This document shows positions 1 through 11,743 of a stretch of DNA of 64,000 nucleotides, piece by piece. Below the pieces are notes generated by a model, which was not told the origin of the DNA, made no database searches, and was given only the letters and a program-made list of their open reading frames with translations. The stretch's first letter is position 1. Each line of letters starts with the position of its first letter. Source of the DNA: an uncultured Gemmatimonadaceae bacterium (GTDB lineage: Bacteria > Gemmatimonadota > Gemmatimonadetes > Gemmatimonadales > Gemmatimonadaceae); NCBI GenBank assembly GCA_963781585.1, contig CAWAGQ010000005.1, forward strand, positions 192,001-256,000, written 5' to 3'. Position numbers and translations under genes: made by a program.

Positions 1-480
1 CGCTGCGGCCTGCCCGATCAGCTTGAACACCGCGATCATCTGGGGATCGTGCCCGGCAAGATCACCCAGCGCGAGCGAGCCCTCGGCGCGCACCGGGGCA
101 CCGGCGCGCGTGCGCCGGTCCTCGAATACCCGGTCCATCACCCGCCGCAGCTGATGCAGGTCGAGCGGCTTGACGAGAAACTCGACTGCTCCTTCGCGCA
201 TCGCCGACACCACCGTCGGCATGTCGTCATATGCCGTCATCAGGATCACGTCCACCGACGGTGCCCGTTCCCGCAGGAGGCGCAGGAACGAGACGCCGTC
301 CAGGTGCGGCATCCGGACGTCGGAGAGGATGACGTCCGGCATTGCGGTCCCCAGCATCGTCAGGGCACCATGCGCACCCTCGGCGGTGCTGACGAGCGTG
401 GACCCATTGTCGGCCAGCGCTTCGGCGAGCGAAGCGCGGATCGTTGCGTCATCGTCGACGATCAGAATGCGGCGCGGCAT
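1..480 (-). CDS. Sigma-54-dependent (NtrC/AtoC-like) response regulator, N-terminal part; runs off the window edge
   Basis: Not in the ORF track. Manual translation from ATG 480: MPRRILIVDDDATIR...DVILSDVRMPHLDG...VILMTAY...AVEFLVKPLD...LAGHDPQMIAVFKLIGQAAA. This is a receiver domain followed by the start of the AAA+ domain. Confidence 0.9.
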   Translation of the reverse strand, partial: MPRRILIVDDDATIRASLAEALADNGSTLVSTAEGAHGALTMLGTAMPDVILSDVRMPHLDGVSFLRLLRERAPSVDVILMTAYDDMPTVVSAMREGAVEFLVKPLDLHQLRRVMDRVFEDRRTRAGAPVRAEGSLALGDLAGHDPQMIAVFKLIGQAAA

Positions 481-492
481 GGGCCCGTTGAA

Positions 493-2331
493 CTACGGTT
501 TCGAAGCCTGACGCTTGAGGGGACTGAGATCGAGCTCGAAGATCGTGGAATTGGTGGGCCGCTGCGCCGTGTAGAGCACCGTGCGGCCATCTGGAGACAC
601 TTCCATGTGGTCACCGGAAACCACGCCGGGCAGGGAAGCGATCTCCCGGGGTGCATCACCATTCAATGGTACCGAGAAAAGGCGCAGCGTCTTGTCGCCG
701 GCATGGCGCCCGATCATGAGGACGTGACGGCCATCGGGATGAAACGGACCGAAGGGCTCTCCCGAGTTGACCGCTTCGAATGGGAGATCGACCGTGCGGA
801 CGGAGTCGCCGCCTGCCGTCATCACCTGGATTCTGCCGCGGCGACCTTCACCGGCCGACAGCAGGAAAAGCAGGCGTGCGCCGTCCAGCGACGGGTGACC
901 GGCAACAAGCGGCAGCGACACCGGCAGACGGGTGGTTGCGCCGCTTTCGACGTTGAAGACGTACTCGCCCTCGGCGGTGCCGAATTCCAGGAGCCCGTCC
1001 GTCATGAAGAACCCTCGCTTCGTCATCTGTGCGGGCAGCTCGCGCAAGGGGTGCTCGGCACCGTCCAGCGTGACCTCGAACACCGTGCGAATGCCGCCTT
1101 CGAACGCTCGCCAGAATCGAACGGCCTTCGAGTCGCGACGCCAGTGGATGGCGCCGAGCATCGCCGAGCCGGCGCTCAGAACGCGCGCTCGCCCTGTCGC
1201 GGCCTCCAGCAGGCCCAGTGCAGTGCGCCCGTCGGCCCACGTGACGATCCATCGCGAATCTGGTGACCAGCGCAACCGCGGCGAGCCTGGCGCGAACGGC
1301 AGCGCATATGTGCGAGGAACGGTGCCATCGGCATTCATCACGGTGATTGTGAACCGATCGCCGATTCGCGTCTCCACCGCAAGCTTGTGGCCATCCGGCG
1401 AGTAGTACGGTGTGCGCGAATCGGCGTCACCGGGAAGCAGTTTCCTGACGTTGCCAGTCGCCAGGTCGACCGCGACGACGGAGGTTGGCGTGGTGCCGGC
1501 AACCGCGAAGCGCCGCATTCGGCCTTGCACGGGATCGATTCTCGACCACGACCCGGGCTGGAGCGCGAACTGGCCGGTCTCTCCACTGGGACCCCGATAG
1601 CTCATGCGGCCTACCGCCTGATCACCTCGGACGGCATGATAGAACGTGAATTCGCCATCGTAGCTCGCACGCTGGCCCACCACGGCCGGGACCGACAAGA
1701 GCGTCTCGGGTTTCCCACCCTCGATCGACACGCGCTCCACGACTGAACCGGTCTTTGCCGTCGCGGGCAGGTGCGTATACAGATGCTTCCCGTCGGCGGT
1801 CCAGTCCACGTACGAGAGACTCAGCTCGTAGTGCGCGACGACCCGTTCCGGGCCTCCACTCGCGGGGACGATCGCCAAGTCATGGCTCTGTGACGCCGTA
1901 CCAACCACAAAGGCGATCATCTTCCCATCCGGGGAGAATCGCGGCTCATGCCCGGGGCTCACGCTCACCCGCTGCGCCGTTCCCCGCGCGGCGCCGGTCG
2001 CGGGATCCACCGGCAGCGTCCAGATGTGTGATGCGGTACCGTCTTCATTCTCACGGTCGAAGACGATGCGGTCGCCCTGGTACGAGACCGAGAAATCGTC
2101 GAATTCGCCGCGCGCCACGAAGGACGCTCGTTTGGCCGCGACGTTGAAGGCATACAACGTATCGTTGGTCACATAATACACCGCGCGCCCGTTAGGCATC
2201 GGCGCGAAGTCCCAGACTTCGACGCCGGGTAGCGAGGCAACCTCGCGCAGCACAGGCTTCTGCGCGCCTGCGGCGAGGGGGATCATGGCGCACACAAGCA
2301 TGATGGTGCGATTCACGGCTCGGGGCTTCAT
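493..2331 (-). CDS. Secreted TolB-like/PD40 beta-propeller protein
   Basis: Signal peptide (…IPLAAGA-Q) after a GGAGG RBS. Repeated SPDG/WSPD/FHPDG blades. Confidence 0.8.
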   Translation of the reverse strand: MKPRAVNRTIMLVCAMIPLAAGAQKPVLREVASLPGVEVWDFAPMPNGRAVYYVTNDTLYAFNVAAKRASFVARGEFDDFSVSYQGDRIVFDRENEDGTASHIWTLPVDPATGAARGTAQRVSVSPGHEPRFSPDGKMIAFVVGTASQSHDLAIVPASGGPERVVAHYELSLSYVDWTADGKHLYTHLPATAKTGSVVERVSIEGGKPETLLSVPAVVGQRASYDGEFTFYHAVRGDQAVGRMSYRGPSGETGQFALQPGSWSRIDPVQGRMRRFAVAGTTPTSVVAVDLATGNVRKLLPGDADSRTPYYSPDGHKLAVETRIGDRFTITVMNADGTVPRTYALPFAPGSPRLRWSPDSRWIVTWADGRTALGLLEAATGRARVLSAGSAMLGAIHWRRDSKAVRFWRAFEGGIRTVFEVTLDGAEHPLRELPAQMTKRGFFMTDGLLEFGTAEGEYVFNVESGATTRLPVSLPLVAGHPSLDGARLLFLLSAGEGRRGRIQVMTAGGDSVRTVDLPFEAVNSGEPFGPFHPDGRHVLMIGRHAGDKTLRLFSVPLNGDAPREIASLPGVVSGDHMEVSPDGRTVLYTAQRPTNSTIFELDLSPLKRQASKP

Positions 2332-2553
2332 GGGGGCTGCCTCCGGGGAGGGAATGAGCGCCCGGGGTTGGGCGCGTCGCTCCCTTCTCCCAGTCACGCC
2401 GCGTACCACCGTGGCGGCGCCACGTAACTTGCGGCCGGCACGTGTGTTGGAGAATACCGCGCCCGTTCGGCGCAGTGGGCTGGCGTCACGGTCCGTGTCG
2501 TTCGCCCGCGCCGGTCGTTACGCAGCCATCACGGGCGAGTGCGCGCCCTGCGG

Positions 2554-4641
2554 CTACTGGATCACCCGCGTCGGCACCGTCCGATTCGTGAACGTCCCGT
2601 CCCCCACGAACCCCTGTTCGTTGTCCCCCCAACAGTAGATTGCACCCGCCGTCGTCAGGCCGCACACCCCGATCGCGCCGGCCTGGATACTCGCCCACGT
2701 GCTCCCCGGCGGAGCCGCCAGCGGAGTGGGAACGTTAGTGTTCGGGCCACCGCCGTTCCCCAGTTGGCCGTAGGAATTCTGGCCCCAGCAGTACCCCTGT
2801 CCACCGCTCACGCCGCAGCCGACGAACACCCCGGCCGATATCATGCTCCATCCCACGACACCGGTCACCTGGACGGGCACGATGCTCACACCACCAGGTG
2901 CACTCCCGTCGCCCAACTGCCCGAACAGATCGCTCCCCCAGCAGTACGCCACCATTCCCGACGTGAGTCCGCACATCGTCCCGAATATCGACGTCAGGCT
3001 CGCGAACTGCAGCGGCGCCACGCCCGTCCCCTGCGTCTTCACGACAGCAAGCGAGCCGGTCTGCGTGCCGTCGCCCAGCATCCCGCCGGAGTTGTCGCCC
3101 CAGCAGTACACCGCACGCGTGGTGTTCACGATCCCGCAGGTCGCGAGCTCACTCGCTTCGACCGCGACGAACAACAGCGGCGCCACGCCGCTCCCCACCA
3201 CTTTCGTCGGAGTGCTGCGATCGGTGGTCGTGCCGTCGCCGAGTTGCCCGAAATCGTTACGCCCCCAGCAGTAGATCGCCTGATCGGTCGCCAGTCCACA
3301 GGTGTGATCGCCTCCCGCGCTGATCCGCGTGATCACCAGCCCGCCCGGCCCGGTCCCCGGCACCTTCGTCGGATTCGCCACGACCTGCGCGCCCGGCACC
3401 CCGGTCTCTCCGTTGAAGTTTGCGCCCCAGCAGTACACCGAGCCGTCGTTCACACGGCCGCACCCGTGCGCCTTTCCCAGATCCACCTGGATGTAGCGCT
3501 CCGTCTCGTTCATCATGTACGGCGCGGTTTCCACGTTCGCCGCCGCCGATGACCCGAGCTGGCCGTTGTAGTTCGGTCCCCAGCAGTACCACGCGTGTAC
3601 CGAGCGACCGCACGCGAACGCGATGCCAAACGTGTTGCTGCCGCCCGTAGCCACCGCATCGAACGTGGCGTGCGCGTCGAACGCCGCACTCTCGGCGTTC
3701 ACCGTCCCGGAGGTCGCCTTGAGCGTGTACCCCGGTCCCGGGTGACGCACCTTCACGTTGGTGAACGTGGCAACTCCATCGGGCAGCAGGGCCGTCGAGT
3801 TGATGTCGGCATCGAGCGTCCGTCCGTCTGCGAACGCATGTCCGATGCTCACGCTGACCGTGGCGCCGCCGACGGGATTGTCGTACGCGTCGAGCGCCTT
3901 GACCTTCACGTCAGGCATCGGATCGAGCACCTCCACGTCCACCGGCTGCGTCACCCAGGACAGATGCGCCACCGGACCGGCCACGATGTCGAACGCCTGG
4001 CTCGTCGCGTCCAGCAGCCCCGATGACGTTGCGGCCAGCGTATAGCCCGTGGCGGCCTTCGTCATCGACAATCCGGAAAACGTCGCCACGCCGCCCACGG
4101 CTTGCTGCATGGAAGTCCCACCGAGCGTGGCGCCGCCGGGATTGGCGCCGAGTGCCAGCGTCACCGTCGCGGTCGACGATGTCACCAGCACGTCCTGTGC
4201 ATCGCGCACCTCGACCTTGATCGCCGGCGCGATGTTTTGTCCTGCCGCCGTGGCCGATGGCTGTACTGAGAAGACGAGATGCGTGCCATTCAGCTGCACG
4301 GTGATCTGCGCCGAGCCGTTCTTGTTGTCGGCGGTTGCGGTGATGGTGGCCGTCCCCTCAGTGACCGCCGTGACCAGCCCGCCTGACGAGACCGTCGCCA
4401 CGCCCGTGGCTGAGGAACTCCACGAAAACACCTTGCCGGTCAAAACCGCGCCCTGCGCGTTCTTCGCCAGGGCGCCCAACTGCTGCGTGCCGCCGATCGT
4501 GGTGATCGTCGCCTGCGAGGGCGAGACGTCGACCGTGGCCACGGCATTGGCGTCGGGACCGGAGCCGCCGTCGCCATGCGAACACGCGGCGGCACAGAGC
4601 ACGAGGCTCGTTACGACAACCCGACTGGCGGACCGGATCAT
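2554..4641 (-). CDS. Lipoprotein with Ig-like (Big_2) domains and a C-terminal RCC1/BLIP-II repeat propeller
   Basis: AGGAG RBS, lipobox AAAC, Big_2 motif WSSSATGVATVSSGGLVTAV, and seven (Y)CWGxNxxGQLG repeats. Confidence 0.88.
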   Translation of the reverse strand: MIRSASRVVVTSLVLCAAACSHGDGGSGPDANAVATVDVSPSQATITTIGGTQQLGALAKNAQGAVLTGKVFSWSSSATGVATVSSGGLVTAVTEGTATITATADNKNGSAQITVQLNGTHLVFSVQPSATAAGQNIAPAIKVEVRDAQDVLVTSSTATVTLALGANPGGATLGGTSMQQAVGGVATFSGLSMTKAATGYTLAATSSGLLDATSQAFDIVAGPVAHLSWVTQPVDVEVLDPMPDVKVKALDAYDNPVGGATVSVSIGHAFADGRTLDADINSTALLPDGVATFTNVKVRHPGPGYTLKATSGTVNAESAAFDAHATFDAVATGGSNTFGIAFACGRSVHAWYCWGPNYNGQLGSSAAANVETAPYMMNETERYIQVDLGKAHGCGRVNDGSVYCWGANFNGETGVPGAQVVANPTKVPGTGPGGLVITRISAGGDHTCGLATDQAIYCWGRNDFGQLGDGTTTDRSTPTKVVGSGVAPLLFVAVEASELATCGIVNTTRAVYCWGDNSGGMLGDGTQTGSLAVVKTQGTGVAPLQFASLTSIFGTMCGLTSGMVAYCWGSDLFGQLGDGSAPGGVSIVPVQVTGVVGWSMISAGVFVGCGVSGGQGYCWGQNSYGQLGNGGGPNTNVPTPLAAPPGSTWASIQAGAIGVCGLTTAGAIYCWGDNEQGFVGDGTFTNRTVPTRVIQ

Positions 4642-4985
4642 GGCACCCTCTCCTTTCGCGATATCGCGTCCAAGGTGGTTGAGCCCACGCCAATGATCAG
4701 TGTGCCCGGTCACCACCGGAGGTCCGGACACGGGCTGGTTCCTCCGCGCCGGCGAGGTGCCGGCAACGCCGGCAAGGTGCCGGTAACGCCGGCGACATAT
4801 GTCACGAAGGTGCGCCGCGACATTCGGATATGATACCTCACCGACCCGCGATTCCCTGGTCGCCTGCAGCCTGAGGGGGCGAAACTGAGAATGACAAACA
4901 GGTATCGGGCCGTCCCCCGCGGCTTGTACTTCTCCGACGGCCGGTGCCATGTTGGTGTCGTCTTCCACACCCGAAGGAGCGGAAC

Positions 4986-7900
4986 GTGTTGAAACTCCCC
5001 CTGGCGCACCGTTCAGCCGGTCGCCCGTTCGCCTGGCCGGTGCTCGCACTCCTGGCCGCACTCCCGATCCTCCTCCCGCTGGCCTCCACGCCCGCCCAGG
5101 GCGGCGCGACCGCCGGTGCGCAGACCGCGCCGCTCACCGCCTCCAACGGCAAGAAGATCCTGACGGTCAACGACTACGCCCGGTGGCGCAACATCGAGGG
5201 CGCCCAGATCTCCGGCGACGGCAACTGGGTGGCCTACGTCCTCCGCTTGACCAATACGCTGCCTAACGACTCGAAGCCGGTGCTCCACGTCCTCAACCTC
5301 GCCTCCAACCAGGACGTGGCGATCACCAACGCGAGCAACCCGACGATCTCGCCGGACGCCCGGTGGATCGTCTACCAGGTGGATTCCATGCCGCCGCGAG
5401 GCGGACGCGGCGGACGCGGCGGTGCTCCCGGCGGGAATCCGCCCGGTGACACCACCGGCGTCACGCCCCCCACCGCACCGGCGCCCGCTCCCTCGCCCAC
5501 CCCCGGGGCACCGCCCGCCCAGGGCCGGGCCGGCGGCGCGGCCGGCCCCCAGCCCATCCACCGCATGGAGCTGCGTGAGCTCTCCACCGGCCGCACCCAG
5601 CGATGGCAGGACATGCAGTCCGCGATCTTTTCTGCGGCGTCCACCCACCTGCTGCTGCGTCGCCGCCCGGGAGGACCCACCGGCGGCCGCGGCGGACGCC
5701 CCGGCGGACCGGGCGGTCCGCCTAACGCCGGCGGCGGCGCGGGCAATGAAACCAACACCCCGGCCGGCACCGATGCCGTGCTGCACAACCTCACCACCGG
5801 ACGCAGCCAGTTTCTGGGCAGCGTGGGGGATGCTGCCTTCAATAGAAAAGGCGACCTGCTCGCCTACACGGTCGATGCCGCCGTCCGGGACGGCAACGGC
5901 GTCTTCGTGGTCGATCTCCACACCGGCGCCACCTTTCCGCTCGACAATGACGACCGGACCTACAACCATCTGGCGTGGAGCGACGACGGCTCGGGCCTGG
6001 CCGTGCTCAAGGGCAAGGCAGCCGACAAGATGCGTGAACGGCAGAACGTGCTGATGGTCTTCCCCGACCTCCGCAGCTCGTTAGGTGAACCGGAGCTGGC
6101 TCCGGCCATTCTCGACCCGGCGGCCGCACCCGACTTCCCGAAAGGATGGGTGGTGAGCGACCGCGCTCCGCTCTCCTGGAGCGAAGACAACAAGCGCGTC
6201 TTCTTCGGCGCCATGCCCGAGACGCCGGCCCAGGATACCACCCGGCGCCGCAGTACCGACTCCATCCCCGACGTGGACGTGTGGCGCACCCAGGACGAAC
6301 GCATCCAGTCGGTGCAGATGATCCGCGCCAACGCCGACCGGAATCTCACGTTCCGGCAGGCGTTCGACGTCGCCGCCGCGAAGTTCGTCGCGCTGTCCGA
6401 CTCCACCATGCGTGACCTCGAGGTCGCGCCCGACGGCCGCTGGGCGGTGGGCCGCGATCCGCGCCCCTATCATCTCCGACTACAAAGCCCCCGCAGCCGA
6501 CATCTATCGGGTGAATACATCGACCGGCGAGCGCACACTGATGCTCAAGGACCAGCTCACCGGACAGCACATCTTCGGGATCTCGCCCGACGGAAAGCAG
6601 TTCCTCTACTGGAAGGACGACAAGTTCCAGGCCTACGATCTCGACGCGGGGACATCGAGAACACTGGGAACCGGCGCACCGAGCTTCGTCGACGCGGACT
6701 ACGACCATCCGGGCCCCAGGCCATCCTATGGCCTCGAGGGCTACGCCAGCGACGGCAGCGGCGTCGTGGTCGCACACAAGTATGACCTCTGGCTCCTCCC
6801 CCTCGACGGCGCCGCGCCGGCACGGAATCTGACCAACGGCGTCGGCAGTCGCGGCGAGATCCGGTTCCGCTACGTCCGCACCGAACCGATCGACTCGATG
6901 GCCCCCCGGCGTGTCCGCACCGGTGACGAGATCGACCTGTCGAAACCGGTCACCCTCTCCGCGTACGGCGAGTACACCAAGAAGGCCGGCTTCTATCAGC
7001 TCGCCAACGGCCAGCTGAAGGAGATCGTCTACGACGACGCGGCCTTCAGCACGCCGAACCGCGCCACCCACGCCGACAAGTTCCTGTTCACCCGGCAGAC
7101 GTTCGTCGAATTCCCCGACCTCCGCGTCTCGGGGCCGGACTTCAAGGACGCCAAGAAGATCACCGACGCCAATCCCCAGCAGGCCGAATACAACTGGGGG
7201 CACCGCATCCTGTTCGACTTCAGGAACAAGGACGGCCGCCGGCTCCAGGGCATTCTCGCACTGCCTGACGACTACAAGCCGGGCGAGAAGCGCCCGATGA
7301 TCGTCAACTTCTACGAGAAGAACTCGCAGAACCTCCACCGCTACTCCGCGCCGTCGTTCCTCGCCAGCATGGGTTCGTCGCCGATCGAGGCGGTGAGCCG
7401 CGGGTATATCACGATGCTCCCCGACGTCTACTTCCACACCGGCATGTCCCACAGCGACATGCTCGATTGCGTCGAGGCCGCGACCCGGAAAGTGATCGAG
7501 ATGGGCTACGTCGATCCGAAGCACATCGGCATCAACGGCCACAGTTATGGTGGAGAGGGCGTGGCGTTCATCGGGACCCGTTCGCGCCTGTTCGCCGCGG
7601 TCGGCATGGGCGCCGGCGTGACCGACCTGTTCACCGACTTCAGCCAGAGCTGGGGATGGTCGTACCAGGTCACCGGCGGGAGCGGCGCCAACGGCAACCA
7701 GTACTATCTCTATGGCCAGGGACGGTGGGGCGTGTCGCCGTGGGACAAGCCCGAGCTGTTCCACTTCGAATCCGCCCTCACCCACGTCCGCGAGGTCACC
7801 GCGCCGTTCCTCATCATGCACGGCACCGCCGACCCCACCGTGTCGTTCAGCGAAGGGATGAATTTCTACAACGCCCTCCGCTACAACGGCAAGAACGCCA

Positions 7901-8076
7901 TCCTGCTCGCCTACCCCGGCGAGGGACACGGACTCCGCGGACTGGCGAACCGGAGAGATCTCACTATCCGGTTCTTCCAGTTCTTCGACCACTACCTCAA
8001 GGGCGCGCCCGCTCCGAAGTGGATGACCGACGAGATGCCGTTCCTCAGGAAGGACATGACGAAGGACCCCGGCTAG
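4986..8076 (+). CDS. Secreted S9 family (prolyl oligopeptidase-like) peptidase, split by one frameshift near 6470
   Basis: ORF 4944..6785 gives the signal peptide and propeller. ORF 6412..8076 gives GHSYGG, HGTAD and YPGEGHG (catalytic triad motifs). Removing one base near 6470 joins them as GRDPRPY-ISDYKAP. Confidence 0.88.
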
Positions 8077-8145
8077 CCGAAGATACCGGGGCATGATCGC
8101 GGAGCGAGTTGCTCGCCCCACTCGCTCCGCTGTCCGGGAGGCTCC

Positions 8146-11100
8146 ATGACCGGTACGACCGCCGTCCCGCGAAGCAACTGGGTCACCCGAAGCGCCGATG
8201 CGTTGCGCCGGCGCTTCGATGCCCTCCAGCTCAAGCCGGTGGTCACGGTCGGATTGCTCGGCGCGATCGCCGGCGGAGCGGCCTGGCTCACACAGCGCCA
8301 GGCGCGCGGCTCCTGCGACGCGCTCCCCTTCTCGTTCATCGACTTCGAGCTCACGTTCTCCCGGCAGTCCTTCCTTGCCCTGCTGCACTCGGCCAGGCCG
8401 TGCGGCACCGGCGCCGTGAACAGCCTGGTCTCGTCCGATCTCCTGTTCGCGCTCACCTACGCGTTGTTCCTGAGCGCGCTGTATCTCTGGGGCGAACGCT
8501 TCCTCCGGCGCTCACCCAATAACGAGCCACTCGGCACTCCCCTCTCGTTCTCGTCCTCGGCGCTCGTCATCCTTCCGTTCGTCATCGCGCTGCTGGACGG
8601 AGTCGCCGAAAACATCCCGCTGTGGGTCGCCGCCCAGCCGCTGGATTCGTCGGGCGCGACGCAGTGGCTGGTGGAGCTCGGCTCGATCGGCGCCGCGCTC
8701 AAGTGGACTGGTCTCGGCATCTTCGGCCTGGGATTCATCGGGATCCTCGCACGCGGCGCACGCGGTCGCGTTCTCTGGCGGCTCCGCTACAGCGTGATCG
8801 CCGTCGCCGCCGGCGCCCTGGCGCTGCTCGCCGTGTCGCAGGGGCAGGACATGCTGCAGCGGCTCGTCGAGGGACTCCACCCGCTCCCCCGGGTGCTGTT
8901 TGCCGTCGCCAGCCTGACGCTGACGGCCATCGTGGTCTGGTACAGCGCCCGGGTGATCACCCTTGTTCGGCTGGCGCGCGAGTCCGGGACGGATGCCCCG
9001 CATCGGGACGCCGCGGCGCGCGCCATCGATCCCTGGGAGCGCTTCTTCGAGCGGTACCTCCCGCGCATTCTGGGCGTGGCGGTCCTCGTGCTGGCCGGTG
9101 CGGCGTTTGCCAGAGCGGCACTCGCGCCGGTCCAGTTCGTTGTCGCGGCGGTGGTCTCGTACTTCGTGCCGACTGGAATCCACCTCGCGCAGCGCCGGCG
9201 CGCCGCCCGGTATTCCCCGCCGGAGGCGGTCGCGGTCGCGCCGGCTGCTCCCGGCGGGGCCGCTCGGGGCGTCGGATCGGTGCACCGCCACGGACCGGAG
9301 ACGCCGGACGACGACCCCGATCGCGGTCAGGATACGGCGGCCATGCTGCGAAGCCGTGCGCGGATCGCGCTCGCCGGCGCCGCGTTAGGCATCATCGTCG
9401 TCTGGCCAAGTCGAGTGTGGCCGTGGACCTGGCGCTACGAAGCGGTCGATCTCCTCATGCTGCGCCTCGGTGCGTGGTTCGCGCTCGTCGCCAGCTGGCT
9501 GCTGTACTACCTGATTACCTATCGGCGCGCGCTCATGGCCCGATACCTCCCCCGTGCCCGCCCGCGCGAGGAACTGGAGCGCCAGCTGGTCACCGGCTAC
9601 GCCGCGGATCACCTGCCGCCCGTCGTGAAGCGGGTCGCCGCGACCGCTGTAGTCGTGAGCCTCCTCATCCTGCTGATCACGACCTGGCGCGCGGTGCCGC
9701 TCGGCCGCGCGCTGGGCCCGCTCCCGGTGGTGGCCTTCGCGGTCGCCAACGCCGTGTTCATTGGCAGCCTGATCGCATACCTCGCCCGCAAGCATCGCCT
9801 CCCCCTGGTTTCGATGCTGCTCGCGCTGGCGGCGCTGTTCAGCCGATGGAACGACAATCACGACATGCGCCGGATCGCCGGGAGCGCGCCACCCGACACG
9901 GTGCATCGCTCGGGCCACCTGCGCGCCCGCTTCGACGCGTGGCTGCGCGCCCGCGCCGCCGAAGACCCGGGCCGAGACACCATCCCCGTGATCCTGGTGG
10001 CGGCGGCCGGCGGCGGACTCCGGGCCGCCTACTGGACCGCGCTCACCCTGGCGACCCTGCAGGATCGCGATTCCGGCAACGGCTTCGCCCGCCACGTCTT
10101 TGCCATCTCCTCCGTCTCCGGCGGGAGCGTCGGTGGTGCCCTGTTCACCGCGCTGGTCCACGACCGGAGCGAGAGCGCGGAGAATCTGTGTGTGACCGGC
10201 GACAGTCTCCCCCGCCGAATGATCCGCCCGGGACGAGGGCGAGCGCGGCGCGTCGGTCCCATGGTGCGGTGCGTGCATCGCTTCATGAACGACGACTTCC
10301 TCTCGCCGGTGCTGCTCAAGACTGCCGCGCCCGACTTCGTGCAGGGATTCCTGCCTTTCCCCATCGGAGCGTTCGATCGCGCGACCGCCCTGGAGCAATC
10401 GTGGGAGCAATCCTACGAGCAGATGACGCGACATCCGACCTTCGGCCAGGGCTACCTGTCGCTCTACACGCGCGACAGTACCGAGACGCCGTTGCTGCTC
10501 CTCAATACCACGCACGTGCAGACCGGACGGCGCTACGTGACCGCGCCGTTCGTCGACGACGGGGTGTTTCTCGATGCGCGCAGCGTGCACCAGGCGCTCG
10601 GCGCGGACCTCCCGCTCTCCACGGCGGTCCACAACAGCGCGCGGTTTCCCTTCGTGAGCCCGGCCGGACGCATCGAACGGCGCGACGGGCAGAGCTATGG
10701 ATCGCTGGTGGACGGCGGGTATTTCGAGAACTCCGGGCTGACCACCCTCGGCGACGTCAGGCGCGAGGTAGACTCGCTGCTGCAGCAGCACCGAAACGCG
10801 GACGGTGATCTGCTGGCGGCAGCCGCGATGCGCGCACGGGTCGTCGTCCTCTATCTCTGCAACGATCCGCTCGCCTGCCGGCGCGACCTCGCAGCCGACA
10901 CGTCCCTTTCCACCGATCGGAGCATAGCGGCCGAATGGCTCTCCCCGTTGCTGACGCTCCTCAACACGCGAGATGCACGCGGAACGCTCGCCCGGGCGCA
11001 GACAGAGCATGCACGCGGCGAGGATTTCTTCCAGATCAACGTCTGCGACAGTATTCCACTGGCGCGCGAACCGGCCTCACCCACCGAGACGGAGCGGCTG

Positions 11101-11289
11101 AAGGTTGGACACACTCGGGTGGTGAATCCGCCGCTTGGCTGGCTCCTGTCGCGCATGGCGCGCGACTGGATGGATTCCTCGCTCGCCCCGGGCGCGATGC
11201 AGGACACCGCGAGGTCCCCTGTGCTGAGCTGCCGGCGGCGCAACGCGAATGAGCTCGAGACGCTGCTGGCGTTGCTGAGCCGGAGGTAG
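8146..11289 (+). CDS. Multi-pass membrane protein with a C-terminal patatin-like phospholipase domain
   Basis: Many hydrophobic helices, then the oxyanion loop AAAGGGLRAAYW, nucleophile elbow SVSGGS and DGGYFEN. Confidence 0.8.
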   Translation: MTGTTAVPRSNWVTRSADALRRRFDALQLKPVVTVGLLGAIAGGAAWLTQRQARGSCDALPFSFIDFELTFSRQSFLALLHSARPCGTGAVNSLVSSDLLFALTYALFLSALYLWGERFLRRSPNNEPLGTPLSFSSSALVILPFVIALLDGVAENIPLWVAAQPLDSSGATQWLVELGSIGAALKWTGLGIFGLGFIGILARGARGRVLWRLRYSVIAVAAGALALLAVSQGQDMLQRLVEGLHPLPRVLFAVASLTLTAIVVWYSARVITLVRLARESGTDAPHRDAAARAIDPWERFFERYLPRILGVAVLVLAGAAFARAALAPVQFVVAAVVSYFVPTGIHLAQRRRAARYSPPEAVAVAPAAPGGAARGVGSVHRHGPETPDDDPDRGQDTAAMLRSRARIALAGAALGIIVVWPSRVWPWTWRYEAVDLLMLRLGAWFALVASWLLYYLITYRRALMARYLPRARPREELERQLVTGYAADHLPPVVKRVAATAVVVSLLILLITTWRAVPLGRALGPLPVVAFAVANAVFIGSLIAYLARKHRLPLVSMLLALAALFSRWNDNHDMRRIAGSAPPDTVHRSGHLRARFDAWLRARAAEDPGRDTIPVILVAAAGGGLRAAYWTALTLATLQDRDSGNGFARHVFAISSVSGGSVGGALFTALVHDRSESAENLCVTGDSLPRRMIRPGRGRARRVGPMVRCVHRFMNDDFLSPVLLKTAAPDFVQGFLPFPIGAFDRATALEQSWEQSYEQMTRHPTFGQGYLSLYTRDSTETPLLLLNTTHVQTGRRYVTAPFVDDGVFLDARSVHQALGADLPLSTAVHNSARFPFVSPAGRIERRDGQSYGSLVDGGYFENSGLTTLGDVRREVDSLLQQHRNADGDLLAAAAMRARVVVLYLCNDPLACRRDLAADTSLSTDRSIAAEWLSPLLTLLNTRDARGTLARAQTEHARGEDFFQINVCDSIPLAREPASPTETERLKVGHTRVVNPPLGWLLSRMARDWMDSSLAPGAMQDTARSPVLSCRRRNANELETLLALLSRR

Positions 11290-11290
11290 A

Positions 11291-11743
11291 GTGGCTGCCC
11301 GGAAGATCATTCCCTGCGTCATGCATCGCGCCCGCGGCCTCACCCTGATCGAACTGCTCATCGTTCTCGCCGTCATGTCGCTTCTGGCCGCGATCGCCTT
11401 CGGGTCGTATCGCAACGCCAAGTCGAAGGCGTACATGGCGACCATGGAGGCGGACCTCAACCGCCTGCGCACCGCCGAAGAGAGCTGGTTCATCGAGAAC
11501 CACGCCTACTCGATGAGCACCACCGCGCTCGGCTTCACGCCGTCGGCGGGGATCAGTATCGTCCTGGCCAGTTCCAATCCGGCCATGGGATACGCCGCCA
11601 TCGCCACGGTAACCGCGTTCGGCGGAGGCCAGTGCGGATTGTTTGTCGGTGAAGAAGCGGTGACCTCCACATCCGGCACGACCGTCTGCACTCAGGAGAA
11701 CACGGGGTCGCAAGCCGCTGGTGCATCGGGAACGAAGAAGTGA
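11291..11743 (+). CDS. Type IV pilin-like protein (prepilin N-methylation motif)
   Basis: RG-LTLIELLIVLAVMSLLAAIA, plus a C-terminal Cys pair. Alternative start at ATG 11321. Confidence 0.85.
   Translation: MAARKIIPCVMHRARGLTLIELLIVLAVMSLLAAIAFGSYRNAKSKAYMATMEADLNRLRTAEESWFIENHAYSMSTTALGFTPSAGISIVLASSNPAMGYAAIATVTAFGGGQCGLFVGEEAVTSTSGTTVCTQENTGSQAAGASGTKK

Noticed and set aside
8146..11289. Patatin as a CBASS or other anti-phage effector
   Set aside because: No CD-NTase or other defence gene is adjacent, and the multi-TM architecture differs from CapV.
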